From: Mobula hypostoma
Lineage: Eukaryota
Direction: 5' to 3'
NCBI RefSeq assembly: GCF_963921235.1
Contig: NC_086097.1
Coordinates: 184,390,001 to 184,454,000 of the forward strand
Length of the DNA: 64,000 nucleotides
In this document: piece after piece, positions 38,760 to 50,239 of the stretch
Layout of the letters: every line of letters begins with the position of its first letter
Position numbering within the stretch: position 1 is the first letter of the stretch
The notes under the pieces: generated by a model
The model's input: only the letters and a program-made list of their open reading frames with translations
What the model was told of the DNA's origin: nothing
Databases searched by the model: none
Made by a program: the position numbers and the translations under genes

Positions 38760-40663
38760 AACTGAAGGAAGAGTGAGTAAGAGATTTGAAAGTGGGAGGG
38801 GGAGGGGGAGATCCAAAATGATAGGAGAAGACAGGAGGGGGAGGGATGGAGCCAAGAGATGGACAACAGGTGATTGGCAAAAAGGATATGAGAGGATCAT
38901 GGGACAGGAGGCCCAGGGAGAAGGAAAAGCGGTGGGGGGGGGGGAACCAGAGGATGGGCAAGGGGTATAGTCAGAGGGACAGAGGGAGAAAAAGGAGAGT
39001 GAGAGAAAGAATGTGTGTATAAAAATACATAACGGATGGGGTACAAGGAGGAGGTGGGGCATTAGCAGAAGTTAAAGAAGTCAATGTTCATGCCATCAGG
39101 TTGGAGGCTACCCAGACGGAATATAAGGTGTTGTTCCTCCAACCTGAGTGTGGCTTCATCTTTACAGTAGAGGAGGCCGTGGATAGACATGTCAGAATGG
39201 GAATGGGATGTGGAATTAAAATGTGTGGCCACTGGGAGATCCTGTTTTCTCTGGCGGACAGAGCGTAGGTGTTCAGCAAAATGGTCTCCCAGTCTGCATT
39301 GGGTCTCACCAGATATATAGAAGGCCACATCGGGAGCAACGGACGCAGTATATCTCCCTAGCCAACTCACAGGTGAAGTGTTGCCTCACCTGGAAGGACC
39401 GTCCGGGGCCCTGAATGGTGGCAAGGGAGGAAGTGTAAGGGCATGTGTAGCACTTGTTCCGCTTACAAGGATAAGTGCCAGGAGGCTTATCTAAGCCTAC
39501 TGACTCTCACAGCTATCTGGACTATTCCTCTTCTCACCGTCTCCTGCAAAAACGCCATCCCCTTCTCGCAATTCTTCCGTCTCCGCCGCATCTGCTCTCA
39601 GGATGAGGCTTTTCATTCCAGGAAGAGGGAGATGTCCTCCTTTTTTAAAGAAAGGGGCTTCCCTTCCTCCACCATCAACTCTGCTGTCAAACGCATCTCC
39701 CCCATTTCACGCACATCTGCTCTCACTCCATCCTCCCGCCACCCCACTAGGAATAGGGTTCCCCTGGTCCTCACCTACCACTCCACCAGCCTCCGGGTCC
39801 TACATATTATTCTCCGTAACTTCCGCCAACTCCAATGAGATCCCACCACTAAACACATCTTTCCCTCCCGCCCCCACTCTGCTTTCCGCAGGGATTGCTT
39901 CCTACGCGATTCCCTTGTCCATACATCCCCCCCATCCCTCCCCACTGATCTCCCTCCTGGCACTTATCCTTGTGAGGGGAACAAGTGCTACACATGCCCT
40001 TACACTTCCTCCCTTGCCACCATTCAGGGCCACAGACAGTCCTTCCAGGTGAGGCGATACTTCGCCTGTGAGTCGGCTGGGGTGATATACTGCGTTCGGT
40101 TCTCCTGGTGTGGCCTTCTATATATTGGCGAGTCCCTACGCAGACCGGAGACCGTTTTGCTGAACACCTATGCTCTGTCTGCCAGAGAAAGCAGGATCTC
40201 CCAGTGGCCACACATTTTAATTCCACATCCCATTCCCATTCAGACATGTCTATCCACGGCCTCCTCTACTGTAAGGATGAGGCCATACTCAGGTTGGAGG
40301 AACAACACCTTATATTCTGTCTGGGTAGCCTCCAACCTGATGGCATGAACATTGACTTCTCTAACTTCCGCTAATGCCCCACCTCCTCCTCGTACCCCAT
40401 CCGTTATGTATTTTTATACATACATTCTTTCTCTCACTCTCCTTTTTCTCCCTCTGTCCCTCTGACTATACCCCTTGCCCATCCTCTGCTCCTCCCCCCC
40501 TTTTCTTTCTCCCTGGACCTCCTGTCCCATGATCCTCTCATATCCCCTTTTGCCAATCACCTGTCCAGCTCTTGGCTCCTCCCTCCCCCTCTTGTCTTCT
40601 ATCATTTTGGATCTCCCCCTCCCCCTTCCACTTTCAAATCTCTTACTAACTCTTCCTTCAGTT

Positions 40664-40699
40664 AGTCCTGACGAAGGATCTCAGCCTGAAACATCGACT
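40664..40699 (+). ncRNA. Minimal hammerhead ribozyme motif (intact core, AUC site)
   Basis: AGTC-CTGACGA-AGGATCTCAGCCT-GAAA-CATC-GACT. Confidence 0.75.
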
Positions 40700-41264
40700 G
40701 CACCTCTTCCTAGAGATGCAGCCTGGCCTGCTGCGTTCACCAGCAACTTTGATAAAGTGTGTTGCTTGAATTTCCAGCATCTGCAGAATTCCTCTTGTTT
40801 GGTGGTATTCATATGTATGTTTGAATGGCAGTAAACTGAACCTGAACTTGATATATTATTACCTAATGCTGGAGGGTGAGATTAGAGTCAGTTGTTCTTT
40901 TTCAACCAGAAAGGACACAATGCATCATACATTTTCTATACCAGATGTATAAGGGGATAGGTAAATGTTACTTTGGAATTTGGAATCTCTTGATGTAAGT
41001 ACAAAGATCATTTCTGGTAAGAATAGATTGAAGTCTATGCATTTATATTCATACAGAAAGTCATTACAGCAGAAGCTGCTTAAACTGTAAATAGTTAATG
41101 AGGCAATGAACAATAAATATTTTCCAGTACAATTGCATAAGCATTTGAAATAGCAATAATATAAATGATGGTGACAATGAAGGCTAATGGTTTTGAAAGT
41201 TTCAATGTGCCAGTACTAAAGCAGTTTCAAATCCAATGGGCTGTCAGTTTAAACATTTATAAGA

Positions 41265-44120
41265 GCGTAAGAACATATAATACAGGAGCTGAATTAGCCA
41301 TTTGCCCATTGAATCTGCTCCATCATGGCTGACCCATTTTTGCTCTCAACCCCAATCTCCTGCCTTCTCCCTGTATGCGTTCATGCCCTGACTAATCAAG
41401 AATCTATCAACCTCTACCTTAAATTTTCCCAATGACTTGGCCTCCATAACTGCCTGTGGAAACAAATTCCACAGGTTCACCACTCTCTGGCTAAAGAAAT
41501 TCCTCCTCATCTCCATTCTAAAAGGACGCTTCTCTATTTTGAGGTTGCGTCCTCTTGTCTTAGACTTCCCCACTATAGGAAACATCCTCTCCAGATCCTC
41601 TCTATTGAGGGCTTTCAATGACATCCCCCCTCATTCTTCTGAATTCCACTGAATACAGGTCCAGCATCATCAAATGCACCTCATATGACAAGCCTTTCAT
41701 TCCTGGAATCACTTTTGTGAAACTTCATTTAGCCCTCTCCAATATCAGTATATCCTTTCTTAGATAAAAGGCCCAAAGCTACTCACAATACTTCAAGTGA
41801 GGCATTACCAGTGCTTTATAAAGTCTCAGTGTTTCATACTTGCTTTTATGTTCTAGTCTTCTTGAAATGAATGCTAACATTGCACTTGCATTCCTCACTA
41901 TCATCTCAACTTGCATATCAACCTTTAGAGAATCCTGCACGAGGACTCCTAGGACCCTTTGCACCTCAGATTTTTGTATTTTATCTCCATTTTGAAAATA
42001 GTCTACCCTTTCATTCCTCTACCAAAGTGCATGACTGTACACTTTCCGACATTGTATTCCATCTGCCACTTCTTTGCCCATTCTCTTAATCTGTCCAGGT
42101 CCTTCTGTTGCCTCTCTACTTCCTCAAAACTGCCTGCCCCTCCACCTATCTTCGAATCACCTACAAAATTGGCCACAAAGCCATCAATTCAGTTATCCAA
42201 GTCATCAACATATAACATAAAAAGAATCAGTCCCAACACAGACCCCTGAGGAATACCACTAGTCTCTGGCAGCCAACCAGAAAAGGCTCCTTTTATTCCC
42301 ACTGTTTGCCTTCTGCCAGTCAGCCAATGCTCTATCCATGCTAGTATCTTTCTTGTAATACCATGGACTCTTAACTTGTTAAGCAGCCTTATGTGCTGCA
42401 TCTTATCAAAGACCTTCTGAAAATCCAAGTACACAACATCCACCAATTCTTCTTTGTCTATCTGCTTGCTATTTCTTCAAATAATTCCAACAGGCTTAAC
42501 AAGCAAGATTTTCCCTTAAGGAAACCATGCAGACTAGCCTATTTTATCATGTGGCTTCAAGTGCCTCAAAACAACATTGTTAACAATCGACTCCAATATG
42601 TTTCCAAACAATGAGGTCGATCTAACTAGCCTATAGTTTCCTTTCTTCTGCCTCTCTCCTTCTTGAAGAGTGGAGTGACATTTGCAATTTTCCATTCTTC
42701 TAAAACCATGCCAGAATCTAGTGATTTTTGAAAGATCACTACTAATGCCTCCACAATCTCTTCAGCCACCTTTTTCAGAACCCTGGGGTGTATACCATTT
42801 GGTCCAGGTGTCTTATCTACCTTCATACCTTTCAGTTTCCCAAGAACCTTCTTCACAGTAATGGCAACATCACACACTTCTGCCTCTGACATACTTAAAC
42901 CTCCGACATATAGCTAGTGTCTTCCACAAGTGAGTACGGCTGCAAAGTACTTATTCAGTTATTCAGTTCAACTGCCAGTTCCTTGCCCGCCATTACTACC
43001 TCTATAGCTCCATTCCCAGCAGCCCAATATCTACTCCCGTCTCTCTTTTACACTTCAAGTATCTGTAGAAACTTTTGGTATCCTCTTTAATATTAAACTG
43101 GACAACAAAGATTTTGTTTCCTGAATACCTTTAGGAGTACCTTATGAATTTTGGGCTACTGATCATGAAAGTCACCATGAAATTTCCCTATCATGCACCA
43201 TTTTTTAATAAACTTATATTTATTATTTCAATTCATAATTCAAGTCAATTAAAATGTTGCCTACAATGTAAGCTGGAAAGTTTCCTATCTTGTCCATTTA
43301 GGTGGCGCGGCTGCTGCATGGCAGGACAAGTTTTAGTAATAATTATTGGGTTCAGGACTGTAAGGATGGAATTTGCTATCACCAGGCACGAAAATTTCTA
43401 TGAAGAATTTTGATACTTGAGACAGATGCCTCCCAGAATAACTGATGCCAAGATTAAGGAAAGCATTTTTGTTGGTCCACAAATCAAGCAGGTCATCAAT
43501 GACAGGCAATTTGAAGAACTTCTAGTGGGACTGGAGAATATCACATGGAAAGCATTCAAGGAAGTTGTTGAAATTTTTCTCAGCATCTACAGAGCCCCAA
43601 ACTACATGCAGCTGGTTGAAAACATGCATCAAGCATATAAAACCATGAAATGCAACATGTCACTAAAGATTCATTTTCTGCATTCCCATTTAGACTTTTT
43701 CCCTGCAAATTTTGGTGCTGTTAGTGACGAGCATGGTGAAAGATTTCACCAGACATTGTGGTCATGGAGAAAAGATACCAGGGCAACTGGAATCCATCAA
43801 TGCTGGCGAATTATTGTTGGATACTTAAGTGAAAAGCCTCAGTCATTGAGTACAAATGAAAATCATTAACAAAATATTTTTAACAGTTGAACTATTGCAA
43901 AGCATCAGCACCATTATGCAATTAAACACATTATATTCAATAAAATTTAATTTGTTTCTCCAAATTCCTACATGATACAAGTAGTCTGAAATTATATTTG
44001 TGTTCATCTTCAAGGAATCTATCATAAACAAAAAAAATTCCGTGGAAACAACACTTTTGAAAAAAATTGTTGTCCAGTGTTTGGCTAGCTTACTTTCATA
44101 TTCCATATTTTCTTTAATTT
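41265..44120 (-). mobile_element. CR1 LINE ORF2 RT to 3' tail (41265-43095, resuming 44080-44120), degraded
   Basis: KTPGPNGIHPRVLK, WKIANVTPLFKK, VYLDFQKVFDK, GIPQGSVLG, FFSQRVVNLWN. Confidence 0.92.
43096..44079 (+). mobile_element. Chapaev3-like (CMC) DNA transposon, internally deleted, with transposase C-terminal remnant (~43417-43830)
   Basis: TIRs AACTGGACAACAA / TTGTTGTCCAGTG. Peptide KIKESIFVGPQIK..MSLKIHFLHSHLDFFP.NFGAVSDEHGERFHQ. Splits the CR1 at ATATTA|TTGGCTAG. Confidence 0.8.
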
Positions 44121-44201
44121 ACGTTGTTTCCAGAAAAAAATATTGCAGCAGCTTTAGTAAGTAGCATAAATAAAACCTTTATCTTTTGAGTTAATTGATA
44201 A

Positions 44202-44599
44202 TAGACACTCACCAAGACGATGCGAAAGTCTCTAGATGGTTGCCATACATAAATTCTCCGGATGGCTCTTGACGTGAGTTGGCAACAGCACATGACGAAC
44301 GTCGAGCTCTATAACAACTTACCGATGCTCACCGCTAAAATCGAGGCGAGAAGACTGCAACTAGCGGGGCACTGTCTATGCCACCCTGAGCTACCTGCCA
44401 GCCTAATCATCATATGGGAACCCAAGCACGGGAGGATGAACCCGAGGCACCCTCCCAAGACTATGGTCAACACGCTCCTAGAAGACAGTTGCGCGGCTAA
44501 TGTAGATGAATTGAACATACTGATGAGGGAGAGGGAGAAGTGGAGAGTCCGTCATCTTGCCCGACGCCGGCCCCCTAGGCCTGAGTAACGTAGTGGTAG
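44202..44599 (+). mobile_element. RTE/RTEX-like LINE 3' end, 5'-truncated, with TSD
   Basis: LRMALDVSWQQHMTNVELY..RRLQLAGHC..LIIIWEP; tail GTAGTGGTAG; TSD TAATTGATAA at 44192-44201 / 44600-44609. Confidence 0.85.
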
Positions 44600-46261
44600 T
44601 AATTGATAAAATGTTAGCCACTAGGTCACGATAAAGACAGGATAATGGGTTTGAGAGGGAAAATAAATCAGCCATGGATGAATGGTGGAACAGATTTGAT
44701 GGTCTAATAGCCTAATTCTGCCCTATGTCTTAGTGGCTTATTGTCTTGTCTTATTTCAAATTATCAACCAAGCTCAAAATTCTCATGCAAACCATTTTCT
44801 ATTTTATATTACACTTGCAGAACATTTAAAATATTGAAAGAAAGTGGGCTTCATGGGAGTGAAGGGTTGGATTGATCTTGGAGTTGGATAACACATTGGC
44901 CAAACATCATGGGTGAAAGGGCCTGTATTACATTGTAATCTTCTGAGCTCTATGTTCCATAGTCAAGTTGTGAAATTGTTTAAAACTTCTAAAACTGAAA
45001 ACTTTAAAGTGACTGGAGTAAATCCTTAACACTGACAAAAGAAAACTGTGCTTTTGTGCTTGTAAGTAAAATATTGTGTCGAATTACAATGAGAATACAA
45101 TAATCTGCCAGTTAAATTAAAAGAAAGCAGAGATAAAAGCTGAATGAGTGCATCTCATCTTTTGACTGAAGCCTTCACAATTCTGATGCTAGCAAAAAAA
45201 AAACATTCTATAACTTGGGTTGTGATACAATAGCATCGCAACAGCACAGAGAAATTACAGATACGTTATCTTTGTAAGTCTGTTGCAGAGTCCTGTGCTC
45301 CTCTGTGTCTTCATTGTTACACACAAAAGTGTGCAGCATATTCTATTACAAAGGTCAGATGAATGTTCTGCATTATTTCTTACATGATAGGATGATGGCA
45401 TTTTGATTCCAGGGCAAGTGAAGTAAATTTAATGATCTTGACAAAAATTCACGATCCATCACCTCAGTTCTTTTGTTTATAAGAAAATCTATATTGGTAA
45501 ATTAAATAACTTCCATTTATTCTACTTCCTGAACTAAAGAAAATTGCTTCATTCTGCACTTGAATCCACTGCAAGCACAGAAAAGAATGATGTGGTCTTT
45601 ATTTAGTAGGTTAAAAGAGTAAAAAAAAGTTTCTGTCTATTACTGGAAAATTGTTATTAGCATAATTCTCATACTTAAAATCTGGTTTAAAATGCTTTTC
45701 TAAACACCTGTGCTGTTCAAAGTCCTATGGGGTCCAATTTTCCATATGTAGACCTGTGATGTGCACATTCGCTATATTTATAGATTAGCATTCCTGGTCA
45801 TCATTCCATTCAACCTCGGCAATACATGATTCATAGACTGTCAATATGTTGTATACAGCTTTAAATAAATGTGATTTAACACAAGATAAACTGGGTAAAA
45901 TCATGCTGATATAATTCATATCTGTTTAACACGGGAACATCTTTCTGATGTTATGATGACTGGTGAATCGTCAGAAGATTACTGAAAATCTTAGAATACC
46001 AAATAAATTATCTTTATTCTTAAGGATTAGATGAATCTCTTGAGATTAATGAAAAATTTTGCTCTCGGTATCAACACAAATTAGCGGATAAATGTAGTCA
46101 AAAGTTTTCTTGATAGATAGGGCCAATTTCAAAAAACAGACCGTAACAGGTTATAAATATTTTCCTACAGTGGGTTATCTTTCCTCTTGCTTCTGGGAAT
46201 ATAAGTAGAATGTTTCTTTCCCATTGCTTACTTCTTTCCTGCCAGGCTTGTGTAAGAAAAT

Positions 46262-47925
46262 TAGAGAGCACTACAGCATGGAAACAGGTCCTTCAACCCA
46301 TAAAGTTCATCCCAACCTGGTGTTCTGCCTATTCCCATCTCTCTGCACCTAGATGACAGCCCTCCATACCTCTCTCATTATCTATCTATCGATCAAACTT
46401 TTTTTAAGTGTTACAATTGAACTCACATCTACCACTTCCACTGGTAGCTCATTCTGCATTTGCACTACCATCTAAATGAAGAAGTTCCCTCTCAGATTCT
46501 TCTTAAATATTCCATTTTTGACTCTAAACCATTGACCTCTAGTTCTAGTCTCACCCATTTTCGGTGGAAAAAGCCTGCTTGCATTTACCCTATCTAAACT
46601 GATAATTCTAATTGCCTCTATTAAGTCTTCCTCCATTCTCTTACCCTCCAGCGAACAAAGTTCTAACCTATTCAACCTTTCCTTGTATCTCAGGTCCTGA
46701 AGTTCTGGCAAGATCCTTGTAAATTTTCTCTGCACTCTTTCAAGCTTATTGATATCTTTCCAGTTGATAGGTGAGTAGAACTGCACACAAATTCTGAATT
46801 CGGCCTCACCAACACCATTATACAACTTCAGCATCCCAACATCCCAATTCCTGTACTCAGTGCCCTAAGGTGCGAAGGCCAATGAGTCAAATTCTCCCTT
46901 TATATCCTTATCTACCTGTAATTCCACTTTCAAGAAATTATGGATCCATATTGCCAAGTTTCTTTGTTCACACACCTCAGTGCTCTATCATTCACTGTTT
47001 AGTCCTACCCTGGTTTGTCCACCCAAAGTGCATCACCTCTCACTTGTCTGCATTAAACTCCATCTGCTATTTTTCAGCTCATTTTCCCAGCTGGTCCTGA
47101 TTACTTTTCAAGTTTTAATAGCCTTCCTAGTTGTCCAATACACTCCCAAACTTGTTGTCACCTGCAAATTTGCTGATCCTGTATGAACTATATCATTAAT
47201 ATAGCCAGACCCAGCACTAATCCTTGTGATTCACCATTAATCACAGGCCTTAGTCAGAGAGACAACCAACTACTAACTCTCCCTGCTAAGCTAATGTTGA
47301 ATCCAATTGATTAGATTGAATGCCAAGTGACTTAACCTTCTTGACCAGCCTCTCATGTGGGACTTGTTTACATGGACTTCAGCAAGGCCTTTGGCAAACA
47401 ATGTACACCACCTTTCCTTCCTTAAATTTCCTAGTAACCTCTTCAAAAAGTTCGGTTAGATATGACCTACAATGCACAAAGGCATGTTGACGATCTCTAA
47501 TCAAGCCCTGTCTATCCAAATTCTTACATATCCTGACCCTCAGAATCCCTTCCAATAATTTATCATGACTGATGTCAGGTTCACCGGCCTATAATTTCCA
47601 AGCTTATTCTTAGAACCTTTCTTAAATAATGGAACAATATGAGTATCCTCCAGTCCTCCAGTCCTCCAGCACTTCACCCATGGCTAAGGAGGTGTTAAAT
47701 ATCTCTGCCAGGGTCCCTGTGATCTCTGCACTAGCTTCCCAGAAGGTCTGAGGGAACACTCTATCAGATCTTGGGGATTTATCCACCATAATTCACCTCA
47801 TGACTGAAAGCACCTCCTTTTCCATAATTTGGTTACACTCCATGACCTGATTACTCTTTTGCCTCAGTTCTATAGACTCTATGTCTGCCTCCTGAGGAAA
47901 TACAAATGCAAAAAATTCTTTTGCG
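46262..47925 (-). mobile_element. CR1 LINE ORF2 3' half and tail, degraded
   Basis: LERVQRKFTRILPEL..YKERLNRLEL.SLE; TRTRGQ; antisense tail CACTACAGCATGGAAACAGG. Confidence 0.9.
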
Positions 47926-48922
47926 AATTGATAATATACCACAGCTGGAATAGGTTGAATTCATAGGATGCAATTTGTCAAGACTTTGGCTGCATCTTCT
48001 AATGTTGAAACCTCTTTCATCTAAAGAGTTTAGGATAACACAAGATTCAGAACTTTTCATTTTCACTCCATGCCACACACAATTATAATTTGGACATGTG
48101 TTATCATGGTCACTATGGGATAAAGATTTGGAATTTGCTGCCTAATAGCACAATGGATGCATTTTTACCACTGGAAATGCAGCTGCTTCATGTGAAAACC
48201 CACCATTAACTTATCAATGACAGTTTTCTGGAGGACAGTGCAAGCTCATCTAATCAACAACAGAATCCTGCCTGATGATCTTGAACTTGCTTGTCATTGG
48301 GCCAAGGATTCACTCTATCATGTCCAAATGATGCTGGTATACAATGGATAATGTTATTAAATCATGCATAGGAATTTTTCACTCATCAAAATAAAATTTG
48401 GGGCTTGGAAAATGATGACTCCCATGCACGATTCCAACAGTGACATACCCAAATATTGTATGATTAGCAACGTCCAGGAATTCAGACAGTTCAAAAGAGT
48501 GAGATAAAATGGACAGAAGAAGGCCAGTTCAAAGCACGAATTACCTATACATACTCTTTTAGAAAACAAACCTGATAAGGCAGACTATCTTCATGAGATT
48601 GCTTTTCAGATTATGAATGTGAGAATATGTCAATGATTTTCCCTTATGGGACAAGTGATAATCTTTTAACCTAATGTGAAACCATTATGCTTCTTGCATA
48701 TGCCACTGTACTCGAGCATTCTCTGCCCTGAGCTCCAAAGGGATGCAAACTGATACATCTTTGTAATTCAGTGCAAGAGACGGGATGGACATGATCCCCT
48801 AGAATGTGGTAATCAGCATGGAAGAGCAGTGAAAGTTAACCTTAAAGGAATCCTGTTTCTGGTTAAATGCTTGAAACAAGGTTTTGTCATATCCAGCACA
48901 CGGTTTCATCCGATAAAGTGTA

Positions 48923-49797
48923 CTGCTGGCATCCGTTAGTCTCGCGAGACCATGGATCTGTGCCTGGAAAGTCTTGCCTCAGTCTGCATTAGAGCAGCGT
49001 CTGCTGTGGCTGTAGAGTCCCACACGGGAGTGACAGTCTCGGCTGCAGCGACTGCACTTGAAGGCGCTGTCCTCCAGTGTTGTCTTGGTGCTGTTTTTCC
49101 GACGAGTACGCTTTTTCAGCAGCAAGCCTCAGCTTCTCTTCTCCTCTTTTTAGACCTCTGCGTAGTTCCAGCCTTCAGTGAGAGCGATCGCTTGCGATGT
49201 CCTCCCACCTCTCGACGCTCATTTTCAGTGACTTCATGTCTCTCTTGCAAACGTCTTTGAAACGAAGATGGGGCCGCGCCTTGTGCTCTCTTGCCGGAGG
49301 CCAGTTCCCCGTACAGCTGGTCTTTCGGGATCCTCCCGTCTGACATGCAGTGTACGTGGCCCAGCCAGCGGAGACGGCGTTGTTGGAGCAGAGTGAAGGG
49401 GCTGGGTATCTAGGCACGGGCCAGGACCTCATTGTTGGTGACTCGGTCAGTCCACGTGATGTCCAGGATGCGTCTCAGGCTGCAAAGGTGGAAGGCGTTG
49501 AGACGCCGCTCTTGTCTGTAGTAGAGGCTCCAGGTCTCACTGCCGTAAGGCAGTGTGCTGAGGACGCATACCCTGTAGACTGCAACTTTGGCGTGCGTCA
49601 CCAGCTTTCTGTTCTCCCAGACTCTCTTTGTCAGCCTGGCGAATGTTGAACCTGCTCGTTCGATCTGTCTATTGATTTTGGGGTTTAGGGAGAGGCTGTG
49701 CATGATGGTGGAGCCAAGGTATGTAAACTCGTGAACTACCTCCAGCTCGTAGTTGTTGATGGTAATGGCAGGGGGTGCTCAATGCCTTGGCCCAACA
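48923..49797 (-). mobile_element. RTE-clade LINE, 5'-truncated, perfect 12-bp TSD
   Basis: YGSETW, ILDITWTDRVTNNEVL, MSDGRIPKDQLYGEL; TSD CGATAAAGTGTA at 48911-48922 / 49798-49809. Confidence 0.93.
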
Positions 49798-50120
49798 CGA
49801 TAAAGTGTAAAGTCTCATAATAACACTCTTGAAACAGGCACTAACACCTACTGAGTTATGTAACTGGTTGCACAAAGGACTGCTACAGTTTCTGTATCAC
49901 CCATTTCATGATAAATGCTGATAACTGCTGAGCCAAGCGCAGCCTAATGCTTCCATCAATGTAGCCCTTAGAAGGCGATGGCAACAATACAACAGCAAAG
50001 TCTGTCTGTCTGTATCTTGTTTTATGATGGTTGGCATCCAGCTTAATGGTGCATTACCGCCACTCTCTGCTCCAGAATGTGCACTAGACATACATTCTAA
50101 ATCCCTTCACCCAATCGCGG

Positions 50121-50162
<42 letters not shown>

Positions 50163-50170
50163 ACACACAC
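50121..50170. repeat. (CA)n microsatellite inside the LINE 3'UTR
   Basis: Directly visible. Confidence 0.95.
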
Positions 50171-50239
50171 ATATATATACAAACCTACACTTCACCCTCC
50201 CATCTTTGACCATCCTAGTATCCTATTCCTGTTTATTCG

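Larger units (their letters stand above)
38663..40797. mobile_element. PLE insertion 2: inverted duplication (left arm minus 38663-~39485, right arm plus ~39490-40797)
   Basis: Perfect 16-bp TSD TTTGGTGGTATTCATA (38647-38662 / 40798-40813). The right arm begins KPTDSHSYLDYSSSH (PLE RT C-terminus). Both arms end LGSLQPDGMNIDF. Confidence 0.95.
36720..40850 (+). mobile_element. Rex1/Babar-like LINE (36720-38646, resuming 40814-40850), degraded; 3'UTR split by PLE insertion 2
   Basis: KPWLTTEV, LNDCHPVALTSTIMKFFEWLV, FAYHSNCSTDDAI, IIKLADDK, NNLSLNMDKTKEM; tail TAAACTGAACCTGAACTTG. Confidence 0.9.
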
